DNA of 64,000 bases from Euprymna scolopes (taxonomy: Eukaryota). The notes beneath the pieces are model-generated. The model did no database searches. It was not told the DNA's origin and saw only the letters and a program-made list of their open reading frames with translations. Shown in pieces: positions 24,842 to 37,200 of this stretch (position 1 is its first letter; every line of letters starts with the position of its first letter). The stretch lies in NCBI GenBank assembly GCA_053919585.1, contig CM132807.1. One strand, 5' to 3'. The position numbers and the translations under genes are program-made.

Positions 24842-27800
24842 TAGTGGTGGGACGATTAATCGGAATCGGAATCGTTAATCGTAAGAATCGTGTATTTTGA
24901 GAGGCATCAGAATCGGAATCGCATCGTTAAAAATACCTTGATTTTCCGATTCCTTCATTACGATTCTTTTAGTCTGATGTTGAAAAAAAGAAGAAAAAAT
25001 CCTGATATTTCTAACTGCAAGAGAGAAATCTAGCATGTTATAAAAAGAAAGCAAAGAAATTAATTATTAACAGGGCAATGCTTAGTGTCCCCTCCCTTAC
25101 AAGGTTCATTCATTCAGATCTATTGTGATCAAAACTACAAAAGAGTTAACTTGAAAAGAAGTATGCAGGGCTCTACATTGCGAGTAAAAATAAAAAAAAA
25201 AAACGCTTATCTTTTTGGCGACTGTTTTTTTTTACTGACAAATCTTCTAATAGTGAATGAAAATGCTTTTTCAACTTATATTTTCTTAAAACGAGCAAAG
25301 TCAAATTATTTAAACAGTAAAAGGTTTAATAGAACAATATACTTTTTTTTTTCTTTTTTTAAAAGAAGGCTTTTAGAAGAAATATCTCTAAAATGAAATT
25401 GATCACGTTTTATTATTTCGCAAAATTTGGACAATAGTCGTCTTCTTTTGAAGTTTCAAAAAAACCGACCCCATACTTATCTCTTCCAAACCTAAAGTTA
25501 TTAAATAACCCCTTCGTTAATTTAAGGGTAATTAATTCAATTCAGTCAAGTTGTTTTTTTTTTTAATTTCATTGAAATAAAATCCATTAAATTTTTTTTT
25601 TCAGAAAGATAAAACCCTGAATTTGATTATATCAAAAGCAGAATAATATAATCTTTTTTTCTAGAATTTTAAATTGAAAATTAAAAAAAAAAGTGTTTGA
25701 CGCAGTTTTTCGCCGAACGAAAAAGAAATTAATATATATTTTTAAAAGGTGTTGTGATCAATTAATTTTTATGTCTAAATAATATTTACGATTAATTAAA
25801 TAATTTCATTTTAAAAAGTATTTATAAATAGAATTTTACTTAAGACTTATAGTTTAGCAATATTGAACCGCATCAAGCATGTGTGAATTGAACACAGTCA
25901 ACAACAAAAAATCCAAAGAAATGCATATTTGCATTTCATTATGTAAACTTTTATACATTGGTTTCAAAAATTAAATTCTATCAGTTTTTTTTGTAAACTA
26001 CTGGTTGGTACAATTTACCGCTCCATCCCTTTATATTTTTTCTTTTTTGTCTTTTTAGCGGATTATTTTCAATTAATTATCCAAATAAGTGACTAGCTTT
26101 AAAACAAAATTTAATACTAATTTATTTGTTTACAGATAAACTGAATTTTCTAATATGGCCTCAAAGTCCAAAAAAAGTCTCGCATGGAAACTTTTTGAAG
26201 TTGATGAAGATCATGAGTTGAAAGCCATTTGCAAAGTCTGTCAAATTAAAATATCGCGAGGAACAAAACCATCTAACATGACCACAACCAACATGTTAAA
26301 ACATTTAACTATGAAGCATCCAAATGAATTGGAGGAGCAAAATAAAAAAGAAAAGGAACAAAAAATTACCAACTAGTCACTCAGAGCAGTTTTATTAGTG
26401 AGGGTCGAAATCGCAGTGTCTTTTTTTTGCCTAACTCACCAATTTTTTTAACCTTCCTTAACTTCAAAGAGTAAATACAATATATACAACTAAAAATAAT
26501 TTTTAAAAATGCTGATTCTATTCATGAAAAATTATTTTAACTAGAAATTAAATCTTAGGTAAAGATAGCTGACTGACAGCAACAGGAGCACTGGTTAACT
26601 ACTGAACCACGTGGAAAGGTGTGGGGGAGGAAAAAAGGAAATTAAAGGATGATAATAAATTATGATAACTGTCTTTGAAAGGCACTAAACTCCTAAAATT
26701 TACTTCTTTAAAATTTTAGGCGGCATTCCCCGGCGATTTTAAAGCACTCTCTCTCCAAAAAAAAAAAAAAGATTTAATTTTTAAGTTTGGGAAAGATATA
26801 TTTATTATAATCTAATTCCTGTATGAAGACTGGATCTACTTTATTGGACGTTAATTTGTGAGATAAGTAATTTTTCAATGTTTAATGTGTTTAAAGTTTC
26901 AATTATCAATAAAAAAAATTTAATTGCGTTTTTTTTTTCAATTTATTTATTAAAAAAAACAGGGTTTAAAATGTATTTTTCAAGGTAACAAGCTTCGAAA
27001 TAAGTCTAATTAAAAAAAAAATCACTTAATTTTTAATTTCGACAACCCTGAGAATTTAATAATTAAAAAAATATTGAAATGTGACATTTTTTTATTTAAC
27101 ATTTCTATTAGTTCAATTCATTTTCTTTCAATAATTCATTTAACTCAACAAACTTCACCATTTTTTGTTTTGTTTTATCTTTTTCTGTAATTTTGGTAAC
27201 TATTTTTGCTCAATTTTATCTAGTATTAATTTAGTGGTATCATTTTTATATGTGTTCCTTTGATATACCCTATGTGTTCCTTTGATATACCCTATTTCAA
27301 AATTAGTTTGGCTAAACTTATTCTTCACGTTAGAAACAACGTGTAAAAGTAATGAAAAAGTAAGAAAATCAATAGGCGTTAACTACTCTTTGTGAATTAT
27401 GGAGGTCTGAAGAACAACCGTCACAAATACAACTATCAATAGCCAAACAAAAAATCGTTTTGGAAATTCTTTTACTTGTAACTTTTCGGTATACCTACCT
27501 TTTGGTATAAAACACAAAAACTTTCGATTAATGGTATTTCTCAAATATGGTCGTTAACTTTGGAAGGGTTATTTTGTATCTACAGCGCCATGTCACGTGG
27601 TATATTGTTTTTTTCATTACGCACGTTCATTTATAAATTATTAAATTAAATATTTATCTTTTTTTTATATTTAATTAGTATATATTTTCTTTCTCTTCCA
27701 CTATATTTTTTTATTTAATTCATTACATCTGTTAATAATGAGGACCAAAATAACGAATCGTGTGTATTTATTCTCTAATTTTCTTGTTTTTGTTCTGTTA

Positions 27801-28167
27801 TATAAATTCTATTTTATTTGTTTTTGCTCTGAAGGATTAATTCTATTTTCTTTGTTTTTTTCTGTATTCCAATTAAGTAAAATCAATTTTCTCTAAAATA
27901 AATTTTGCTAATTTTTCCGTTTAGTTTACTATATAATAATTTTATTTAAACCAAAACACGACGGTGTAGACATAAAATATATCTTCCAAAGTTAGGGAAC
28001 ATATTTGGGAACTACCGACCGTAAGTATAAAACTACCTGGTATATTTCAAAACAATAATTCCCTAGGAATCGGAATCGTACTTGGTATCGGATTCGTTAA
28101 TCAGTATTTTCCTGGAATCGGAATCGGAATCGGAATCGTATAAAAATTAGGAATCGTCCCAACACTA
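24842..28167 (+). mobile_element. Non-autonomous (internally deleted) hAT DNA transposon, 3326 bp
   Basis: TIRs TAGTGGTGGGACGATT / AATCGTCCCAACACTA; perfect 8-bp TSD ATAGTAAC (24834-24841 and 28168-28175); subterminal GGAATC repeats at both ends; internal BED finger ORF. Confidence 0.92.
26155..26376 (+). CDS. BED zinc-finger N-terminus of a hAT transposase (truncated, 73 aa)
   Basis: S.AWK.F...AICKVC...TTNMLKHL..KH BED signature; upstream branch point and acceptor TACTAAT...TTTACAG (AG at 26134-35); no catalytic domain follows. Confidence 0.8.
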   Translation: MASKSKKSLAWKLFEVDEDHELKAICKVCQIKISRGTKPSNMTTTNMLKHLTMKHPNELEEQNKKEKEQKITN

Positions 28168-28189
28168 ATAGTAACTTTTCCAAATTTCA

Positions 28190-28625
28190 GCTTGAGGGGT
28201 TATTGTGTTTAAGGCCCTTAATGGTCTCCCGACGGACATTCAGCAAGAAGAACTTCTGGTGTTTCGAACCCCGACTGGTCTTCAATCTTACAATGAACAT
28301 TCAGCCAGAGGTGCATCCTGGGTTTAAAACCCCCACTGATATTCCTATGAACACTCAGCCAAAAGTGATTCCTTTGCGTCAAACCCGGACAAGTATTCCT
28401 GTGAACAGTCCGCCAGTAGAGCTACTAGTGTTTGAACCCCAATTGGTATTTTCATGTACATTAAATTAAAAGAGCTTCTTCTGTGACCAACCTCAGCTGG
28501 TATTCCGACTATGATTCAGCCAGAGGAGTGTCATAGTGTTTCAAGGCTCGACTGATATCTTGTGAACATTTAGATAGAGGCGATTCATGTGTTTCATGCC
28601 TGGATATTTATCGGCTTATGAATAT
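28190..28625. repeat. Degenerate 54-bp tandem repeat, right block (same family as 24085-24750)
   Basis: Recurrent GAACATTCAGCCAGAG...GTTTC.A.CCC.GACTGGT. Confidence 0.75.
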
Positions 28626-29429
28626 ATAAACGACTGTTTTATGCTTACACAATCATCAGTGTACGAAAAAAATTCCAGCCGGTAATATATATAAATATAT
28701 ATGTGTGTTTGCGTGTGTCTGTGTGTCTGTGTTTCTGTTTTGTTATTTGATTATATGTAAATGCATATTGTATAATAATTACTAATTTAGACCTACGCCC
28801 GCTAATTTTCATACTTATATATATCAGAAAAGCTATCGGGAAAAAGCAAATTCCAAAACCAAATATAAATATAATTGTTTATATCTTAATCCCAACCAAA
28901 TGAAAAGGCTTAATGCATTCACTGGCAACAGTAGAGCTTACGATACATAATATGAAGCTGTGAAGTAGAAGTTTACAAAAAGTTTTTGTTTTTCGGCAGA
29001 ATACTCCACCGCTTGTAACATGGCCGCGGAGTTTCAAAGAATGCTAATTCTTCTTATCAGAAGGAACACTGTTAGCAACATAATTAGATACTCAGGGTAA
29101 ATTTTAGCATGTCTGTCTATTTGATGGTTACTGCACGGGATGAAAATTAATGTTTTAAGAGAAGTGGTCACAACACTGAAAAGTGCATAAGACTTTTTCA
29201 ATTTCAACCACAGAGGCGAACACCTACTGTTGTTTATTTACCTACAAATAAAATCCTCTAGTACACCGGACTTCTTCTTTAAATACTATTGGTTATTTTT
29301 TATCTTAATATTGAACTCAGAATGACCTGTTCGGATTGGAGTTTTTTTTTTAATATATTCCTGGGACAAGGATCTGACGTCAAATTGGATAAAAAGCGAG
29401 TAAAAAGTAAGATTCGAAGCTGTACCGGA

Positions 29430-30757
29430 TTTGGCACATTTAGGGTATCATAAAAAACCTAGAGACCCCGAAAGCATGTGGACCCGATCTCATCCCGGCT
29501 GTGATATTAAAATGTTGTTCTAATCCTCTCCGAACTATATAATAAATGACTTAAGGAATCTTGCTTTCCTGACTACTGGAAAACTGCGTCTGTGGTACCA
29601 GTTTTCAAAACTTTTGGCGAGAGAACTGATCAATTAAATTATCACCGCATTAGCCTCCTCCCGATTATTACCCAAATATGTGAGACCATAATTAATCGAG
29701 CTCTGGTCCATCACCTTACAGCTGCTTAACTTCTGATCGACAAGCCCTATGGATTTAGGCAAGCCCATTTCACAGGAGATATCCTAAATGTAATCTCTGA
29801 ACGTATGGCCTCCCGGTTAAAATTATCTCTGAGACGGGTATATTTGCTGACGACACCACGCTCTATAGTAGGTACGAGGGAAAAATGAACACATATGTAA
29901 GGAAATGGCAAAAACAATAAAGAAACACCTTCAATCTTTAGTGGAATGGGGACATAAATGGATGGTCACATTCAATGCGCCAAGACTCAGTTTGTTTTCT
30001 TCAATAATGACAAGAAACCATCTCTACCGCCAATAGATATGCCCCAAAACACATTAACTGAAAGTAATTCTTTTATACTCCACGACTTAACGTCCACCTA
30101 GAATTGGGGTTTGGGCAGATACATTGAGAGCATTGCTAAGACCGCTGCAAAGAACGTGGGGTCTCTGTATCATGCTAAAAAGCTACTCCCGCCTGAAAAT
30201 ATCATGTATCTCTATAAGGCCGCCATTCGCCAATGTATGGAGTTTTTTTGTCACAATTGGGCTGGTGCATCTTCTACTAGTCAGCCCCCCCCCTGGATAT
30301 GGTTCGAAATAGAATTTCCAACCTGATAGACCTTGAACTGTCATCGAAACTAAAGCCTCGGTCCCATCGGCGAAAGGTTGCATCTCTCTGCTTTTCTACA
30401 AGTATTTTAATTGTGAATGTCCTGAGGAACTACATACACTGGTGCCCCCTCTGGACGGAAATACCTCCGTCAAACCCGACAAGCTGGTAAATCCACCAGT
30501 ACACAGTAGAGATCTGTAGGTCTCAGAAATCCTTCTGATCCAATAGTTTTTCCCCAGAACTCTTGAATTTAGAAATCTTTTTCGGGATTCTATTTTACCA
30601 TCTGTACTGACATGCTGAAGTCCAAGTGCAATGTGAACAGACGTCTTGCTGCCCATCTCCCTTCATAATGTTCCATGAACTTGTGTCCCCAATCGAAGCA
30701 CCCTACTTCAGAGTGGCAATGTGCTTAGTTTGGGGTGAAATTTGAATAATAAAAAAA
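29430..30757 (+). mobile_element. Degenerate CR1-like LINE with RT remnant, internal deletion and A-rich tail
   Basis: KACGPDLIP, FPDYWKTASVVPVFK, NY..ISLLP, YGFR, FADDTTLY, YLYKAAIRQCME; ends TTGAATAATAAAAAAA. Confidence 0.85.
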
Positions 30758-32279
30758 TCTGTCATTGCCAAAAATTTTTGCGCTTGTAAAAAGAAAGAGT
30801 TTATATCGGCTGTTTATAAGGTTTCAGAAAAAGGGGGGGCATGACTTGCTAAGTTTTAACACCATGTTTTTGATCACTTGTATTTTTCTCATTGATCGTT
30901 ATTGATATTCATATTAAAACTTTCTTTATTGGTTTATGTTAAAATTGTTTTTAAATATAGGTATCCTGTTTCTCCATCTGTCATACGCAGGATATTATTC
31001 GAGAAAATAACCGTAAAAAGTGACGATAGACACCCTCAATGCAACAAATACGACCGTGAGACAAGGTATGAACAGCGAAGTTCAATACTAGAAGAAACCA
31101 CGGCGGTTTTAAGAAAAAAAAAAACAACAAACTCCTATTATAACACAGTCACGGAATTATATACATTTTATATACTCCAACTTAATTTTAACCTCCTATG
31201 ACCTCGTTGAACTAATTCTTTCAGTCGTAAATAAATGAATATAAGGAAATAAATAAAGTAAGAATTTATTCAAACACGCCTGTTACGGATGAGTTAAGTA
31301 TCTGGGTAAATTCCAGATACCTCCAATTGCCATTATCCATTGGTTACATTTAGTATGCCGCTATCTCTCAGAGAAGTTTTTTGTTGGCGTTTTCTTTGTT
31401 ATCATAATACACTTTTGAAGCTCTATGAATAATAATTAAGGTAAATTGTAGGTTAACTTGTGAGTTTCATAATTTTTCAGTTTGTAGATAATCATAGTGT
31501 CATAAACTTTTAAACAAGCTAAAATTAACAAGAACTTTATTGTGTCATCTACATCGTAATTAAAATCATAAAGAGTTTTACCTCTTTACAACCGTTGGTG
31601 CATCATAAACTATTGCGTCCATAAGCTAACGACGGCCACTATTAAATGGCCACATCTTTTCAAATACCCGTTCTTTCCTTTTAAACTCAATATGAAAATA
31701 TTTTTTTAAATTATTATTCACTTTGCATTAGCAAATCTTTCTGAAAAGTTCTGGATTAATAACCAAGAGGAAAATGTTCTGCGAATTTAATAAACCTGAT
31801 ACTCGATTTAGAAATCCCATTGTATTTTACTGTTTTTATACGTTTCACTTTTTCTTTCCGTTTTTACAAACCCGACAGATTTAATTAAAAACGGTCAAAT
31901 TTCCCTTTTTTATTCTCCAGGCATTTTCAAATGTCAAATTCAAACTACTTTATTAAAATAAAATACATTGTATTATTAAAAATAAGAACCCAAAAAATAG
32001 TTGTTCAGGAGGGCAACAACAATGTGTCCGCAGTTTAGATTGTTTTTTAAATCGTTATATATGGACTAAAGAACAACGCCATCGGTAACGAAAGACAAAA
32101 AGTCAATATTGATTGTTATTGACTGTGACTTGGGAAAAGGGTAACAAGAATTGTTAAGAACGATATGATTAAAATGTAATGTGAAGGTAAATCTCGCTGT
32201 TTAAGTTTTCGCGAGCAACGTAAAGCCTAGTGACAAATAGTACACCCTTACGACACTTTTGTAACACGTCTTGTTTGAG

Positions 32280-32450
32280 TTTAACAACACGTACACTGCT
32301 GGAGAGATACTACAAGAATTGTGGATGGACAAGAGATTCTCAATGAATCAACTGAAATGAGGATGTTGCGAAGATTATTTAGGACAGATGAAAAAATATT
32401 AAGTGCGTTGAACAAAGCGAACTCTCAGAAGTATCTTGCCGACGAGTAAG
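32280..32450 (+). mobile_element. Possible RTE-clade LINE remnant
   Basis: ESTEMRMLRRL-like motif typical of the RTE ORF C-terminus. Confidence 0.35.
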
Positions 32451-33098
32451 TAGGGGGAAAAAGACGTTAAGCCTTGCTAAGAAGCGTTGTCCTTGCTTAC
32501 AAGATATATTTTCTTATAACAGTAATAAACTGGTTAATCTAAACATGTTTCTTTGAATCGAACATTAACTATCAATGAGAGACCACGTGTAGCATATAAT
32601 ACTCATGCTACGTCTTATTCCGCTAAAACTGGCAAGACTAGCGTGCCCATATAAGGCAGCAAATCCGGGCATGACATAAACATGTTCAAAGGTTCTTTAC
32701 AGAGGACAGTGTTTAAAATCCCTGTTTAAAACCAGAACAACAAGAAGAAGGCTGAGAACACCGCGTTTTCAGATATAAATGCACGAACAGAATTTTGTGA
32801 ATAAGGAGAAGAAAAAGGTAATTTTAAATGCATGTATATATCTACACGTATTTGATGTGAAAGATTTTTGGTACAATAGCTAACATGCGTGGATGTAAAT
32901 TTATACGATATTACGTAATCGGTGAGAAAAATTATAAAAAGAGAAAGATTACGACCACGAGAAAGGCAGTGTAACGTTTGAGATCTGGTGAATAATGTTC
33001 TAGATAATATGGTTGACGTCGCGGCTGCACTGCTGAGGAAGGAAATGTTGTTCAAGCAAAGACAGAGCGACTTGGAGTTGTCTCCTTTCTTTGTTTTT

Positions 33099-33567
33099 GA
33101 CCTTATGTATTTCAGTCCAGCGCCCTAATCTCCTCCGCTATGTTGTCATAGACGATTTACTACTTCGTTTTAATCATTCATTTGTTTCAGTGGTTTTTGG
33201 TTTGATTTTTTAAACGATAGTAATGTCTATGTCTCCGCCTCGGAGACCGGAGTTTTTTCTTAAAAAGTCGCCCTTTTTTTATTTGGAAGTATTATATATT
33301 TATATTTTTTGACTGAAATTCATAAGGTCCAAGGTTCGAATCCTACCGACAGTCAAGCTACGCTTATGCGGAGTAAGGCTCCGAAACACGCGTGTATTAA
33401 TGTGTTTAAAAATAATAAATAAATAAATAATGCGTCCAAATAAAAAATGGGCGACTTTCTAAGAAAAACACCGGTGTCCGGGGCGGAGACATAAACATTA
33501 CTATGGTTTAAAAAATCAAAACAAAAACCACTTAGACAGATGAACGATAAAAGCGAAGCAGTAAATC

Positions 33568-33571
<4 letters not shown>
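33099..33571. mobile_element. Inverted pair of permuted tRNA-head + hammerhead-like SINE/retrozyme units
   Basis: About 160-bp inverted arms 33150-33310 and 33407-33571; tRNA-like 3' half with GGTTCGAATCC (33333-43) on plus; tRNA-like 5' half on minus at 33099-33147; HHR-like motif 33363-33396; followed by (CT)n(TA)n. Confidence 0.7.
33363..33396 (+). ncRNA. Decayed hammerhead ribozyme motif
   Basis: CTTATGC (2 changes from CTGATGA) - GGAG taagg CTCC - GAA - ACACGCGTGT palindromic stem III - A; the 3' strand of stem I is missing. Confidence 0.5.
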
Positions 33572-33649
<78 letters not shown>

Positions 33650-33650
33650 G
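33569..33650. repeat. Compound (CT)n(TA)n microsatellite
   Basis: Visible runs. Confidence 0.95.
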
Positions 33651-34219
33651 CGCATATACTTATGTATGTCTGTTTAATAATGGCGTAAAGATTTAAAGAT
33701 GGACTTTGAGAAATATACAGTTTCAATTACAGTCAGCTGGGAGTTAGTGGTTGAGAGAAACAGTCGATATAGAGACGACCTGGCGACTGACCGTCAATGA
33801 TTTTGAACTTCAAGGAAGCAAACGAGAAAATTTCGATAGAAAATCAGACTTAGATACAGACGTTTAACTTTCTAACTGGATAAACATTCTGTGATTAAAA
33901 GTTGCTGCAAGTACATTGTAGAATTTCAATCCATGAATGTGGATTAATATTAGTATTAAGTTTACAGAATTCGGGAAAATAAGACTCAAATTCGACCAAG
34001 TTATGTTTCTCCGATGTTAAATCCCCAGAGAACTTTTATACCCCCGTTGTTTTATAAAAATGTTAANNNNNNNNNNNNNNNNNNNNNNNNNNNNNNNNNN
34101 NNNNNNNNNNNNNNNNNNNNNNNNNNNNNNNNNNNNNNNNNNNNNNNNNNNNNNNNNNNNNNNNNNNNNNNNNNNNNNNNNNNNNNNNNNNNNNNNNNNN
34201 NNNNNGAAGGACCTGGATA

Positions 34220-34258
34220 CTCAACGTTTCGCCCGATTTATGCCGGCTTCTTAAAGAG
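34220..34258 (-). ncRNA. Decayed minimal (Penelope-type) hammerhead motif
   Basis: Minus strand CTC-TTTAAGA-A-GCCGG cataaat CGGGC-GAAACGT-T-GAG; core box has 2 changes from CTGAAGA; near a TA-rich tract. Confidence 0.4.
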
Positions 34259-37200
34259 GGATGGTCATTGACGAGAGAGTCGGATGATTGGGGCTATGAT
34301 ATAATGATATATATATATATGTATATATATGTGTGTATATGTATATGTATATATATATATATATACACACAGGCATCAACACTATCATAAATGTTCTACA
34401 CGCATCAATACAACGAACAATCACGAAATTAGGAAACACTATAAACTAGATGGACATACATAAATATACACGTAAACACAGGTAAATGAACGTTAGTTAA
34501 CATCAGTAAACGTTGTATACATTTGATTATTTTTTAATGGAGCAATCCCCGCTATGTAACATGCATATAATTATTCTGTTGCTGTGATTTCCTTAGTGTT
34601 ATTCTAAAATGTTGAAATTAACTCCAAAGCTTCATCAATAACCATCAACTAAAAGTACAGCTGAACAATTGTGTATATTTTCCTTATTTGTTTATATAAA
34701 CATTAGTGGCTAAATATGTACTTACAATGTTTAGCTTCGATTTATGTCGTCATATAGTTTTTTTTTTTTCTGGCCACTAGTCACTAGTTTTTTTTTTGTT
34801 ATTAAAATGAAAGCTAAAACATATATACGCATATGCACCAATATTGCTAAGTCTATCATAATATATGAATATTGAGAGATATCCATGAAATATAATATAT
34901 GAATATAGAGAGATATCCATGAACTATAAGCATGAATTATTTGATAAATTCTCTCAGAAACAAAGAATGATAAACATATGAAAAAAAACGATAAAACCAT
35001 AAAAGTAGTTCATATGGGGCATTTGGCATTAATTGTTCCTAAATGTCATATACCTTTCAGATAAAATTAAGGAGTAACGAAGAGTTGATTTGAAATTTCA
35101 TTTAACTGCGTCGAACAAAGAGTACATCTAAAATAAAACGCGCTGTGAAACTGTAAGTAGTCGTTACACTCGAGATCTACACGTTTTATGCAGACATTCA
35201 GAAAGAAACAAAGACACGGAAAGAATTAGACTAGTGTTTTTTTTTTGTTTCAGCGAAACCACACACATTTATTTACAAATACGCCCAGAACAATGACTTG
35301 TCTGTTGTTCAAAATGTTTCTCCTACTTCAATGTACCTAACAATACTCAGTATTTTAGAACAGTTACACTAGTTTTGGGTTTTTTTCGGTCATGTTTAGG
35401 CTCGGCTGTTCCTGTCCCTCTCGCTCACGTGTGTAAATCGTCTATTTTTCTCTTCTCGGGTTAATTTTACTTTTTATATTTTTTCTTCTTCCTCGCTTTG
35501 ACGTAACCTCGCATAAGGATCGTTCATTTGGATGCGTAAACTGTCATCCAACTGCTGCTGTCATACACACACCCACGCACTGTTACATAAATATTGATCG
35601 CGATTTGTTGAGAACTGATGTATACCATACATTGTACATGTTTACCTTGCAACCCGTTCAAATATTTTACATCTGATTTTAACTATCAGCGTGACGCATC
35701 TAAATATTTTTTTTTATATTTTATTTGGAACATTAAAATGACACAACGACAAACATTTTACATATTCTTTCAGACCGAAGCGTGACGAACATGTAAACAG
35801 AGCATCTAATACAAGTTCTAATATTTTATACAATGAAAGAAAAAAAAAAACGAGTTTGGAATGTTTTCGCTTCCAGTCGTTCGGGTCTTATTAATGTTAT
35901 TTAAGGAACCAGGAATCCTCTCATGTATGGGAGGGTGTAATTTACTCTCAATTAGAATTGTTCGAGTTTGTAGACGATTAGATTTTTCAATAAAACGGAA
36001 ACCTAAAGCACACCCCTAAAGCAGAACAAGATATTGTGTGTTGGAATTCCTCAGTGTCAAAGTAAAACACCTTAACTGAATCTAATTTAAAGGTTTCGTA
36101 AAGGCCAACAGATCGTGTGAGTCATTCACTAAATCAAGAAACATGAACGATTTTAAAAAAAGTTTTTTATGGAACAATAATAAATGAATGAAAAAGTATG
36201 AAGAAGTAAGTAAGATTTTATCATCTTTTTTCTGTCTTCTTCATTACGTCACCATATGATCTCAGATGTTTTATATCTCATGGATGAACGACTAATAACT
36301 GAAAGATTCTGACTGGGGAAAAATGAAAACGACGAAGCTATTTTTTAGCATAGAATGAGTATTTGGTTTCTGTTCTATTCGAACTTATCATCTTAGTTGT
36401 GCATAAGAAACTGACCCGCATTAGAAGTTTCTAATGAGTTTTCGTAAAGAACGCCACTGTAAAGCTACTTGATGTAAAGATTTTACAAAAATGCAGATAA
36501 TTATCAACATCACAGCAGATGCATAATGGCCTTAGTTTTGGAAACCCAAAGTATTAAGATAGGCTGAAAGCAGTGAACAGCAACAGACGGCTGCAAGCCG
36601 GCAGTTCGTGGCAATAAACTACTTGTATAGGGATTTATGTCACAATGGTGTATCTACACAGCCAATTGAGAGGCCACTAGTCTAACGATTAAAATGAGTT
36701 TGAATAAAGCAGTCATAGTTTAGATAAGACAATTATTAAGAGTATGTGGCCTAATAGTATTTATAGAAAAGACTGACGTTAACAGCATGACTTCTCTGAA
36801 GGAGAGGTTACATATTCGAAGAAATTGTGCGGTCAATCAAATTACAGACACGTTTCTGGTCCTTAACAAAATCCTCAAATACTTCAAAACTATTGATAAC
36901 GAACCTCATCTAAATCCCTTAACTTAAAAAGAGATTAAACAGCGCAAATATAACAGCAGTCTCTATGCAGGGTTTGATAGCAGTTTTGTAAACAGGCGAA
37001 TTGAGACTCTTTGTGTCAGACGTGATACACCATGCAGAATTTAGCACTGACCACTTTTCCAAATCCGAAAGCTATAACTTCGAAAGAATTTATATAGAAA
37101 TTATATGTAGAAAGTAATCTAGGGCAATTCCACAATTAAGATAAGAATAATAATTCTATACATCTAAATAATATTAACCATATAAAAATCACCGAAACAT

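Noticed and set aside
26400-27050. Nested TIR element inside the first hAT (AGGGTCGAAAT...ATTTCGACAACCCTG)
   Set aside because: Ends match only partially and no TSD found
27249-27295. Exact short tandem duplications (22 bp here; 23 bp at about 60108-60156; 18 bp at about 19039-19075) and an 80-bp direct repeat at about 58260 and 58690
   Set aside because: Ordinary slippage or duplication; no further structure
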